A DNA stretch of 64,000 bases from contig CP070751.1 in assembly GCA_020348445.1 (NCBI GenBank), forward strand, positions 3,206,621-3,270,620. Direction: 5' to 3'. A program made the translations under genes and the position numbers. The DNA is from Thermoplasmata archaeon (GTDB lineage Archaea > Thermoplasmatota > Thermoplasmata > GCA-020350865). Positions 48,330-58,900 of the stretch are shown here, one piece after another; position 1 is the first letter of the stretch; each line of letters starts with the position of its first letter. The notes under the pieces are model-generated. The model did not search any database and was not told the origin of the DNA. It saw nothing but the letters and a program-made list of their open reading frames with translations.

Positions 48330-48605
48330 ATGTCACGAAAAAAGAAAAGCGTTGGTATCGCCGGTAAATACGGACCAAGATACGGTGTAAAGGTCAGAAA
48401 GCAGATTCAAGCCATAGAAAAGGAGAAGGTTAAAAGGCATATCTGCCCTCGCTGCAAGCACAAGTCAGTGAAGAGAATGGGTTCGGGTATATGGAGGTGC
48501 AGGCGCTGTGATTTGACCTTCGCAAGCGGTGCATATTCTCCAATTCATTCCAAGATCGTGGCTGCCGAAGCATATAATCCAACGGAGGAAGAGGAAAATG
48601 TATAA
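48330..48605 (+). CDS. rpl37ae: 50S ribosomal protein L37Ae
   Basis: GKYGPRYG, CPRC, GIWRCRRC. Confidence 0.97.
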   Translation: MSRKKKSVGIAGKYGPRYGVKVRKQIQAIEKEKVKRHICPRCKHKSVKRMGSGIWRCRRCDLTFASGAYSPIHSKIVAAEAYNPTEEEENV

Positions 48606-48729
48606 ATGCTCAAGATGTAAAGAGCCGATTCGAACTGATATAAATACCGTGGGGATACAATGCGAAAGATGCGGCTCGAAAATATTCTTCAAGGAAAGGC
48701 CAAATGTGAAGAAGGTAATAAGAACCTGA
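48598..48729 (+). CDS. rpoP: RNA polymerase subunit P (Rpo12)
   Basis: MYKCSRC...QCERCGSKIFFKERP. Confidence 0.95.
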   Translation: MYKCSRCKEPIRTDINTVGIQCERCGSKIFFKERPNVKKVIRT

Positions 48730-48778
48730 TATTCACGGTTTTCACAGGCCATGGATACATGATCCCGGGGGACATTAA

Positions 48779-49924
48779 ATGGCATACCAGTCCATCGAGA
48801 ATCTGAAAGCGCAAGATGTGATGTCCAAGAATTTTGTCTGCGCATCCGAGGAAGACAACCTTTCGGATGTCCTTGCGAAATTGAAAAAGCACGATATCAG
48901 CGAGCTGCCAGTAATCCGCAAGAACAAGCTCGTGGGATTGGTGAGCTACGATACACTCATCAAGAGAAGGAACCTGCCCCTGACAACCAAGGTGGAGCAC
49001 ATAATGTCCACTCCCCCAAAACTCTCTGAAGATACTCCCTTGACCACAGTTGCCGAGATGTTCATGAGCTCAGGATTTCGAACCCTGCCCATCACGTCCA
49101 AAGGAAAGAAACTGGCGGGCATGGTCTCACGAACCGATCTTCTAAAGGGCATTAAACAGGACAAGAAGCTGGCCGAACTTCCCATCAGCTCCATAATGAC
49201 CAAGGTACCCCAGTGCATCCGCGAGGACGACAATATAACCCAAGCAAGGGATCTTATGAAAAGGCTGAGCATGCGCACCGTACCTGTTGTTGACGATCAC
49301 GAGAAACTGGTGGGCGTAATTGGTGTCAAGGACATCGCCAAGATCTGGACACCAAAGACCAAGGAGAGCAGGGGGGAGCTTGCTGGTGAGAAAATTTCCT
49401 TGGATGTGGAGGTTTCCAGCGTCATGAACCCCGATCCAGTTCATATCGAGAAGGAGGAGAACGTGAAATCAGTCATTTCCCTCATGCACAAGCACGACAT
49501 CTCAAGTGTCCTGATCACGGAGAAGCAAAAACCAATTGGTATAATCACACCCCTTGATCTAATTGAGCTGCTTGTTCGAACCCAAGAGCGCGAATCCCTC
49601 TATGTGCAGATAACGGGACTTGATGAAGAGGACGCCGAGTTCTATGATGATATGCACGGCCTTATTCAAAAATCCATGAAGAAGATAAACAAGATACAAA
49701 AAACGCGCATATTTGCACTTCATGTCTCCCAGTACCACGACAAGAGCTTTGTAAAGGAGTACGAACTCAGAGCGCGGCTGTCCACTGATAAACACATGTT
49801 CTATGCCCAAGGCGAGGGATGGAACCTGGTTGGGGCCCTGGATGAGCTCCTCGATACCCTTGAGGGTATGGTGACAAAAGAAAAGGATCGGAGATTGGGG
49901 GCCAGAAAGAAGGGAAGCTTTTAA
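48779..49924 (+). CDS. Four-CBS-domain protein with C-terminal HPF/RaiA-like domain
   Basis: Four CBS repeats, then a beta-alpha-beta-beta-beta-alpha segment (LYVQITG...ELRARL...FYAQGEGWNLVGALDELLDTLE) and a basic tail. Confidence 0.8.
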   Translation: MAYQSIENLKAQDVMSKNFVCASEEDNLSDVLAKLKKHDISELPVIRKNKLVGLVSYDTLIKRRNLPLTTKVEHIMSTPPKLSEDTPLTTVAEMFMSSGFRTLPITSKGKKLAGMVSRTDLLKGIKQDKKLAELPISSIMTKVPQCIREDDNITQARDLMKRLSMRTVPVVDDHEKLVGVIGVKDIAKIWTPKTKESRGELAGEKISLDVEVSSVMNPDPVHIEKEENVKSVISLMHKHDISSVLITEKQKPIGIITPLDLIELLVRTQERESLYVQITGLDEEDAEFYDDMHGLIQKSMKKINKIQKTRIFALHVSQYHDKSFVKEYELRARLSTDKHMFYAQGEGWNLVGALDELLDTLEGMVTKEKDRRLGARKKGSF

Positions 49925-49935
49925 CTAAAAAATAA

Positions 49936-50943
49936 TTATAGATTCCAATAACTAGCTTGAATTTCTTTTACTCTTTCTATAGTCTCTTTACCGAGGACGT
50001 CAAGATCATATATCTCACCGAAAAATATTGGAGTTTCCTCGTTTCGGAATTTTGCCACGATGCCGGCTATTATGTCTGCCAAGGCACCTGTGTGGTAGCC
50101 CCCTTCGAGGTAGAACGATATCCTGCCTTCGCAGAGTTGTCTTGCTGTTTTTATGAGTTTATCTGCAAAACCCACGTACCCGAGGCTTGACCATGTGAGG
50201 CTTGCTAAAGGGTCCATGTAATGTGCATCCCCGCCAACTGAAACAAGCATTGCCTCGGGTTTGTACTGATTCAGTATCGGTGATATTATTTCCTCCCAGG
50301 CCGCATCGTATGTCGTGTCCCCGGATCTTGAGGGAAATGGGAGGTTCACAGTGAAACCCTGACCGTCTTCTTCCCCAATGTAGTTGAAAGGCCCGGTGCC
50401 TGGATAGATGCCCCACTGATGCGTGGATAAGTAAAGGACATCGCTTCGCTTACAAAATATATCACTTGTACCATTTCCATGATGCACGTCTATATCCACT
50501 ATTGCCACCTTCTTAACATCCTGCAAAAGAGTCTCTGCTGCCAAGGCCAGATTGTTGAAGTAGCAGAATCCTCCTGCATAATCTGGACCTGCGTGATGTC
50601 CTGGAGGTCGCAGAAGACCCATTGCCGGTTTTTTTTCCAAGTATGATTTTTGGGCAGCCTCCATTGCACCTCCTGCGGCAAGAAGTGCTATTTCGAAGGT
50701 TTCTTTGTGGGAGACAGTGTCCATATCGATTCTCCCTTCTCCTACTCTTCTTATGAATTCGATGTGATCTTTTGTGTGTACTCTTTCGAGGTCATTCATG
50801 GAGGCTGGATCCGGAGTCAGGACATCTTCCAGAAGATTCTCTTCCTCCAGTTTGGCATTTATGGCCACGAGTCTCTGGGGGCTTTCGGGGTGGTATGAAT
50901 CCTGGTAGTGGTTAAGGAATTGAGGATGGTAGATTATGGTCAT
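49936..50943 (-). CDS. Histone deacetylase / acetoin utilization family deacetylase
   Basis: HPESPQRL, RPPGHHA, GFCYFNN, DIDVHHGNGT, EGGY. Confidence 0.95.
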   Translation of the reverse strand: MTIIYHPQFLNHYQDSYHPESPQRLVAINAKLEEENLLEDVLTPDPASMNDLERVHTKDHIEFIRRVGEGRIDMDTVSHKETFEIALLAAGGAMEAAQKSYLEKKPAMGLLRPPGHHAGPDYAGGFCYFNNLALAAETLLQDVKKVAIVDIDVHHGNGTSDIFCKRSDVLYLSTHQWGIYPGTGPFNYIGEEDGQGFTVNLPFPSRSGDTTYDAAWEEIISPILNQYKPEAMLVSVGGDAHYMDPLASLTWSSLGYVGFADKLIKTARQLCEGRISFYLEGGYHTGALADIIAGIVAKFRNEETPIFFGEIYDLDVLGKETIERVKEIQASYWNL

Positions 50944-51165
50944 GGTGAGGGTGTATAAATTAAGGGGTTTTAAAAGTTATTCCAGTGGATTTTCAAAATG
51001 ATAATTATTTGCGTCATTTTTGCGAAGATTTTATAAGTCTCGAACTCCATGTATTTCTTGAAGGGTACCCACACTTCATGGAATAAGGGAACCTGCAGAG
51101 GATCCTTTGAGGGCAAGTAAGTCGTATGGGCATCCGTTTCGCGAATCTGGAGGGGGGTTTAGAAA

Positions 51166-54100
51166 GTGAGTGGCAAAATCTCAAGTCTCTTTCTTTGTTC
51201 ATTACTTATAGCAAATGCTTTTGGGGGGATGGTCTCTAATGTTGGGGAGTTGAGTTTGAGCCCTGATGAAACGGAGGGACCACCTGATCATATTCCTCAA
51301 GATGTTGGGGAGCCAGGTTTGAGTTTGAGCGGGGGAGGCGGGCTTGCTGATTCGCCATGGCCAATGTTTCGGCAGAACCTCAACCATACTGGTCAAAGTC
51401 CTTATGATACGAGTGGGAATGATGGCCAGTTGAAGTGGAGTTTCAGAACTGGAAACCCTGTATTCTCATCACCTGCAATTGGCACTGATGGTACGATTTA
51501 TGTTGGCTCCATTGAAGGTAAATTATTCGCAATCAACTCAGATGGCACTGAGAAATGGAACTTCACGACTGGTTTCGGTTTGTACTCATCACCTGCAATT
51601 GGCTCTGATGGAACGATATATGTTGGTTCTTTTGATAATAAGCTATATGCAATAAATCTAGATGGCACTGAAAAATGGAATTTCACAACCAGTGGTTGGG
51701 TACACTCATCACCGGCAATCGGCTCCGATGGAACGATTTATGTCGGCTCTGCCGACGATAAACTCTATGCAATCAAACCTGATGGAACTGAAAAATGGAA
51801 TTTCACAACTACGGCAGATGTGGACTCATCACCCGCAATCGGTTCTGATGGAACGATCTATATAGGTTCTGAAGACAATAATCTGTATGCGATCAATCCA
51901 GATGGCATAAAAAAATGGAGTTTTACAACTGGGTCCATGGTGTACTCATCATCTGCAATCGGGTCCGATGGAACGATCTATGTAGGCTGTTGGATAAATG
52001 ACCATAAACTATATGCAATCAATCCGGACGGCACGGAAAAATGGAACTTCACAACAAATGCCAAATTGTTCTCATCACCAGCAATTGGCTCCGATGGAAC
52101 GATTTATGTCGGCTCTAGCGACCATAAACTCTATGCAATCAAACCTGATGGCACGGAAAAATGGAGTTTTAAAACTAACCAAGACGTGTATTCATCCCCT
52201 GCAATCGGGTCCGATGGAACAATCTATTTTGGTTCTTTTGATCATAAACTTTATGCGATTAATCCAGATAGCACTGAGAAATGGAATTTTACTACAGGAG
52301 ACTGGGTACAGTCGTCACCTGCAATCGGATTCGATGGGACAATTTATATTGGCTCTCGCGATGGTAAACTGTATGCTATTGGGAATCCAACGTCCCTTGA
52401 GGTCGAGGTAACTTCACATTTTTCAGAATTAAATTCCGCAGCCCAATCCACAATCACAGTCCATGTTACTGATAGCACAAATTCAATTCAAGGTGCAACC
52501 GTAACTCTATCTTCAGACAATGGAGGATTGTTCAGCCCGCAAAGCGGAATCACAGACAGCAACGGCAATTTCGAATGCATATTCAATGCACCTACTGTGA
52601 CGACAGAGATGATCTGTAGGATTACTGCTGAGGCTACAAAATCTGGATATGCTAGTGGTTCTGGATCTGTTGATGTGACTATGAAGCCGATACCGTGGCC
52701 GATGTTTCGGCAGAATTTGAATCATACAGGATTGAGTCCATATGATACGAGTACAAATCCTGGTAAGTTAAAATGGTATTTCACAACCGATAGCTATATA
52801 CACTCATCTGCTGCAATAGACTCTAAAGGTATAATTTATATTGGTTCCAAGGATGGTAGATTGTATGCAATGAATCTAGATGGCTCTCAAAAATGGAACT
52901 TTACAACAGGAAGAGGTGTTCTTTCATCACCAGCAATTGGTTCTGATGGGATAATTTATGTCGGCTCTTATGATAATAAAATATATGCAATCAACCCAGA
53001 TGGCACTGAGAAATGGAATTTTACGACTAGTAATAGTATATATTCATCACCTGCAATAGGTTCTGATGGGACTATCTATGTGGGCTCCCAAAATCATCAA
53101 CTGTATGCGATTAATTCAAGTGGCATAGAGAAATGGCACATTAAGACAAGTGGACCTGTGTACTCATCACCTACAATCGGCTTCGATGGGACAATCTATA
53201 TCGGATCAGACGACGATAAATTACATTCGATCAACCCAGATGGCACCGAGAAATGGAATTTCTCGACTGGTGGCGATGTGATATCATCACCTGCAATCGG
53301 CTCCGATGGGACAATCTATATCGGTTCAACCGATGATAAATTATATGCAATCAATCCAGATGGTACTGAAAAATGGAGTTTTTCAACGGGTGGAAATGTT
53401 GATTCCTCTCCAGCAATTGGCTTTGATGGAACAATTTATTTCGGCTCTAATGACAATAAATTATATGCACTTCACCATTACGGAACAGAGAAATGGAATT
53501 TTACTACTGGTTTGAATATAGCATCATCACCTGCAATCGGTTCCGATGGAACAATTTATTTTGGATCTTATGATTCAAAGCTGTACGCGGTACATCCGAA
53601 TGGAACCCAAAAATGGAATTTTACATCTGGTGGTAATGTAGTATCATCACCTACAATCGCCTCCGATGGTACAATTTATTTCGGTTCCAGAGACTTTAAA
53701 CTGTATGCCATTGGAGAGGGTATTACACCACCCATCGCAAACGCAGGCCCCGACCAAACAGTAGACGAAGGCGACACTGTCCAATTCGATGGCTCAGCCT
53801 CCTACGATCCCGACGGCACAATCGTATCCTACGAATGGGATTTCGGCGACGGCTCACCAACGGGATCAGGGATTGCCCCCACGCATATCTATAGCACACC
53901 CGGTAACTACACTGTTACTCTTACGGTTACAGATGATGATAATGCAACAGATTCTGATACATGTGTAATCACTGTTTTACCTGCTATAATACCTCCGGTT
54001 GCGGATGCAGGATCAGATCAGACAGTAGATGAGGGGGATGTAGTACAATTTAAAGGATGCGGTTCTATTGGCTCTTCTAGCAATCTACCCATTGATCCGG

Positions 54101-55932
54101 ATGTTGTGGCTTTATGGCATATGAACGAGGGTTGTGGGGATATAATCTACGATGAAACTGCCAACCATAACGACGGAACCATCTCAGGTGCATTATGGGA
54201 TAGTGGCATGTTCGGTTCTGCTTTGAGTTTTGACGGTGTCGATGATTATGTCGATGCTGGAAACGATATCAGTTTAAACATCTCTGATGAAATCACCATT
54301 GAAGCATGGGTTTATCCCAAAGAATATAATTGGGGAAGAATTGTCTCAAAAAGTCAGTATCCCTATTACACCTACATGTTACACTTTGGGGCCTTTGACG
54401 AGAGGTTTTTTAAATTCCGTATAGGTCTAACATTGTTGGGGTCATCACCCGTGGATTTAAATGAATGGTATCATGTTGTTGGAACCTACGACGGAACTAC
54501 AATGCGCATTTATATAAATGGTAATCTTAGCAATTCGAGACTAGGGCCAGGGAAAATTCCCACAAATCCCTCAACTCATCTTTTTATTGGAAGTGATCCT
54601 AATTATTGGGATAATACTTATGATAAGTTCAATGGTACCATTGACGAAGTTATAATTTATAATAGAGCACTGTCTGCACAAGAAATCCTAGACTGCTATA
54701 AAAGTGGAAAAGAGCATTTTGTTACCGGTAGCAGTGATTCCAAAGAAATCATCTCCTACGAATGGGACTTCGAATCCGACGGAATCTATGATTATCAAGA
54801 AACACCAAATAACGCTCCGGATGGCACATTTGACAGAAAGACCACATATATCTACGGTGACAATGGAATTTACACTGTGACCCTAAGAGTCACCGATGAA
54901 ACCAACGCCACCGATACCGACACATGTAATATTACGGTCAACAATGTCGATCCGATAGTACAACCCACAGGCGATCTTACCGTTGATGAAAACTCACCAT
55001 TTACCCTAACAATACAAACTGCTGATATAGGAAGCGACGATCTGACACTCACCTGGAACTTTGGTTACGGCACACCAGAAATCACGAACACATTTTACAA
55101 TGACGGGACAGGCCCTGATCCGTATCCCAGCCCCTGGGGAACATTTCCGTTTTATACTACCGATACTCAGAGTCACACTTACGGTGATGATGGTGTGTTC
55201 AATGTCACATTAACAGTTACTGATGATGATAGAGGTTCGATTGTTTATACAATAAAAGTCACGGTACAGAATGTCGACCCAACTGCAACCATAATATCTA
55301 CACTGATGGATGTCGAAATCGGAATTAGAGTTGCAGGAAGAAAATATAACAACGTCAGCATGACTTTGTTCGAGGACGGAATCCAGATTGGGTATGTCTC
55401 CATAGAACGCCAGCCAGGCTCGCCAGACGAGCAGATGGCCTGGATTCCATGGGTTCTGGACATGACAAAAACCTATTCGGCAATCGTAACTTACGAACCC
55501 GAAGATCCGCCAAACGTAGGAGGAAATCCGGTTTGGATTTACATAAAACTCGAAAATGGAAGCATAAGAAAAATCCACCACACATTCAACATCCAGCAAT
55601 CCAAAAATCGGGACAGTGATCATTGGAACCATGTGGATCCCTGGGAAGTGGATTTGAATGTCAATCTTTTCGGGTGCCCATTTGAGGTGACTAGTCATGT
55701 CACAGATCCAGGAAGTGACGATGAAACACTCACCTTTACTTATGGTTCTCAGACAGTTTCTGTTACGCACTTGAACAATCCACCAAATCCCGATCCATAT
55801 CCTTCGCCAGAAATTAGCCCTGTGGATATTACGGACACAACAGCTCTGAATTATGAAGGGCCGGGAACCATATATCTTACAGTTGTGGATGATGACGGAG
55901 GGACAGACATTGCAACATTGGACATTACTTGA
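51166..55932 (+). CDS. Surface protein 1: two 8-bladed PQQ-like propellers, Ig-like, PKD domains, LamG insert, shared C-terminal domain
   Basis: 16 SSPAIGSDG-type repeats, WPMFRQN, LamG (TIEAW, WYHVVGTY, FNGTIDEV), PKD motifs. Confidence 0.9.
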   Translation: MSGKISSLFLCSLLIANAFGGMVSNVGELSLSPDETEGPPDHIPQDVGEPGLSLSGGGGLADSPWPMFRQNLNHTGQSPYDTSGNDGQLKWSFRTGNPVFSSPAIGTDGTIYVGSIEGKLFAINSDGTEKWNFTTGFGLYSSPAIGSDGTIYVGSFDNKLYAINLDGTEKWNFTTSGWVHSSPAIGSDGTIYVGSADDKLYAIKPDGTEKWNFTTTADVDSSPAIGSDGTIYIGSEDNNLYAINPDGIKKWSFTTGSMVYSSSAIGSDGTIYVGCWINDHKLYAINPDGTEKWNFTTNAKLFSSPAIGSDGTIYVGSSDHKLYAIKPDGTEKWSFKTNQDVYSSPAIGSDGTIYFGSFDHKLYAINPDSTEKWNFTTGDWVQSSPAIGFDGTIYIGSRDGKLYAIGNPTSLEVEVTSHFSELNSAAQSTITVHVTDSTNSIQGATVTLSSDNGGLFSPQSGITDSNGNFECIFNAPTVTTEMICRITAEATKSGYASGSGSVDVTMKPIPWPMFRQNLNHTGLSPYDTSTNPGKLKWYFTTDSYIHSSAAIDSKGIIYIGSKDGRLYAMNLDGSQKWNFTTGRGVLSSPAIGSDGIIYVGSYDNKIYAINPDGTEKWNFTTSNSIYSSPAIGSDGTIYVGSQNHQLYAINSSGIEKWHIKTSGPVYSSPTIGFDGTIYIGSDDDKLHSINPDGTEKWNFSTGGDVISSPAIGSDGTIYIGSTDDKLYAINPDGTEKWSFSTGGNVDSSPAIGFDGTIYFGSNDNKLYALHHYGTEKWNFTTGLNIASSPAIGSDGTIYFGSYDSKLYAVHPNGTQKWNFTSGGNVVSSPTIASDGTIYFGSRDFKLYAIGEGITPPIANAGPDQTVDEGDTVQFDGSASYDPDGTIVSYEWDFGDGSPTGSGIAPTHIYSTPGNYTVTLTVTDDDNATDSDTCVITVLPAIIPPVADAGSDQTVDEGDVVQFKGCGSIGSSSNLPIDPDVVALWHMNEGCGDIIYDETANHNDGTISGALWDSGMFGSALSFDGVDDYVDAGNDISLNISDEITIEAWVYPKEYNWGRIVSKSQYPYYTYMLHFGAFDERFFKFRIGLTLLGSSPVDLNEWYHVVGTYDGTTMRIYINGNLSNSRLGPGKIPTNPSTHLFIGSDPNYWDNTYDKFNGTIDEVIIYNRALSAQEILDCYKSGKEHFVTGSSDSKEIISYEWDFESDGIYDYQETPNNAPDGTFDRKTTYIYGDNGIYTVTLRVTDETNATDTDTCNITVNNVDPIVQPTGDLTVDENSPFTLTIQTADIGSDDLTLTWNFGYGTPEITNTFYNDGTGPDPYPSPWGTFPFYTTDTQSHTYGDDGVFNVTLTVTDDDRGSIVYTIKVTVQNVDPTATIISTLMDVEIGIRVAGRKYNNVSMTLFEDGIQIGYVSIERQPGSPDEQMAWIPWVLDMTKTYSAIVTYEPEDPPNVGGNPVWIYIKLENGSIRKIHHTFNIQQSKNRDSDHWNHVDPWEVDLNVNLFGCPFEVTSHVTDPGSDDETLTFTYGSQTVSVTHLNNPPNPDPYPSPEISPVDITDTTALNYEGPGTIYLTVVDDDGGTDIATLDIT
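51436..53712 (+). repeat. Two blocks of eight ~120-nt coding repeats (PQQ-like blades)
   Basis: TCATCACCTGCAAT(C/T)GG...GATGG recurs about every 120 nt. Confidence 0.9.
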
Positions 55933-55977
55933 GGAGATTTGTCAAAATAAAATCGTGAAATATAGGTGGTTTAGAAA

Positions 55978-58900
55978 ATGAAAAGAAAGATATCGAGCGT
56001 TTTTGTATGTGCAGTACTTATGCTAAATGTTTTCGGGGGTATGGTTCAGAATGTGGAAGAATCGAGTTCTATTTTAAGTGGAACTGGAGAACTTCAAGAC
56101 CCTATACCTCCAAATATTGATAATCCAAATCCAAGTTCGAGTGGAACAAAAGATCTTACAGAGCCTAATCCTCAAAATGCTAAACAACCCCAAAATATAG
56201 TAGAAGAAACACGAAAATCCTCTTCAGCACCTATTGATTGGCCTATGTTTCACAGGACACCTGATCATCAAGGGTATACCCCTACTAATGGGCCTACTAA
56301 TTCGAGCCTATTATGGACTAAATATCTTCAGGCAAGAATTGCCGCCTCCCCTGCAGTGGTAGACGGGAGATTATATATAAATGGATTCTTAAATTCAACA
56401 GATACATTTTATTGCTTGGATGCAAAAACAGGTGCAACTATATGGGAATTTTATGTTCCTTCCGGTATTCCCACTACTGCTCCCGCTGTAGCCGATGGTA
56501 AGGTCTATATTGGCACGCATAATGGTGATGGGATATTCTATGCTTTGGATGCTTATACTGGAAGTGTAGTGTGGGAAAGGTTTGTTGGTGATATGTACTC
56601 TCAAGGAGCTGTTGTGGTAGGAGACATAGTCTATGTCCCAACAAGTGGGGCCGGAATATATGCTTTGAACACAATTAATGGTTCAGAGATTTGGAGGGGT
56701 TCTGGTGGATCAATACACACTGGTGTCGCCGTTGATGGTGATATGATATTTACACCATACATTAACGGTATAAGGGCCTTGAATAGATTTAATGGAACTA
56801 CCATATGGACAGGAACAGGTGGTTATGACCGTTCTACACCTTGTGTAGCATATGATAAGATATTCTTTAAATCGTACTATGCTCCACACATTTTTGCCCT
56901 GAATAAAAATAATGGAACTTTAGTCTGGAAATATGACCTAGGGGCTAACCATTGGTTTGGTTCTGCATCATCTCCAGCAGCTGGTTTTGGTAGAATTTTT
57001 GTTGGAGTTGAAACTGGTGGAAGTGCGGACGACAGTACAGGAAAGTTCCTTTGTTTTGATGCAGAGAATGGCACACTACTTTGGTCAGTAGATACAGATG
57101 GAACAGTACACAGTTCACCAGCAATATCTGGAAATGGTATTGTATATGTTGGCTCAGATAGTCTATATGCATGGGATGTTTATAATGGAACAGAAATATG
57201 GAAATATTATATGCGTAAATGGTCTACACATATTGACCCCGCAATTTACAATGGTGTGGTTTATATTGCAACATCTAGCATAGTATATGCATTTGGTCAG
57301 TATGATGAACCTCCGACTGTTAATCAACCCCCCATCGCCAATGCAGGCCCCGACCAAACCGTCGATGAAGGCGACACTGTCCAGTTCAACGGCTCAGCCT
57401 CCTACGACCCCGATGCGCAATGGGAAATAACAATCCCGGATTCAGCACCTCATGGCGGATATTATACGTCTATTGCACTCGATAGTCAAGATTACCCCCA
57501 CATAAGTTATTACAGTGATGGGAATCTTAAATATACGAAATGGGATGGCAATTCCTGGAACATTGAAACCGTGGATGATAATGGAACTACTGGAGTGTCT
57601 ACTTCAATATCATTAGACAGCAATGATAATGCGCATATCAGCTATTATCATTTCCTTCCACCTCAGAATCTTAAATATGCTAAATGGGATGGAAGTTCAT
57701 GGAATATAGAAATAGTGGATAGTAATGGAAATGTGGGTTTCTCCTCTTCATTAGAATTAGATAGCAATAACTATCCACATATTATTTATTTAAACGACTC
57801 CAGTAAGAGACTGAAATATGCGATGTGGACAGGAAGTGAATGGGATATTCAGATAATAGACACACCTGGTAACGTAGGACACCTTTCAATTTGTTTAGCC
57901 CTAGATAAAGAAGATAATCCACATATTATTTGGTTTGGGCACCAACCTGACCACAGCCTTTATTATGGGAAACGATATGGAAATAATTGGAGCATTACAC
58001 TAGTAGATACCACTGCTTATTTGAAAGCTGGTTCGTCTTTGACAATTGATAACAATGGCTATGTTCATATAAGTTATGTTGATGTAAGTTCAGGTTTCCT
58101 TAAATATGCAAAATTAATCGAATCAAATTGTAGCTTGGTAAATGTTTGTAATATCGGTGGTAGTGATGTGTATACGTCAATTGCTATTGATGTTAATGGA
58201 TATCCGCATATAAGTTTCTATGACAGCACACCTAACTACGATCTCAAGTATGTAAAATGGACAGGATTTGATTGGAACGTCGAGACTGTTGACCCCTCAA
58301 AAAGGGTGGGTCAGTGGAATTCTATTGTGCTTGATAAAAATGGAAACCCACACATCAGTTATTCAGATAGGGGTAATACAACGCTGAGATATGCAAGAAA
58401 AGTAAACAATATAATCTCTTATGAATGGGATTTCGGCGATGGCTCGCCAACTGGATCAGAAGTTGCCCCCACGCATATCTACAGCACCCCAGGAAACTAC
58501 ACAGTTACTCTTACCGTCACGGATAATGACAATGCCACTGATTCAGATACTTGCATAATCACTGTTTTACCTGCTATAATACCACCTGTTGCGGATGCGG
58601 GAGAAGATCAAACAGTATATGAAGGGACACCACTTCTCTTTGATGGCAGTAATTCAACAGGTTCTCAAAGATCAAGTAGTTCATTATTTGGATTAAAAAA
58701 GAGGATTCCTGATGCAGAGCTTATTTCTCAACAAAAGCCATCTATAACAATGGATAAAAATGGAATTATGTATGCGTCATGGACGGATTTTCGAGATAGC
58801 TATGCAGCTGATATATATTTTGCAAAATCGATAGATGAGAATTTAAACTTCAGTAAAAATATCAGGGTAAATGATGAATTATCATATTCCATGCAAGGTT

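Noticed and set aside
51436-53712. ~120-nt periodic repeats as a CRISPR array or DGR target
   Set aside because: These are in-frame coding repeats; there is no reverse transcriptase or adenine-specific TR/VR pair in the window.
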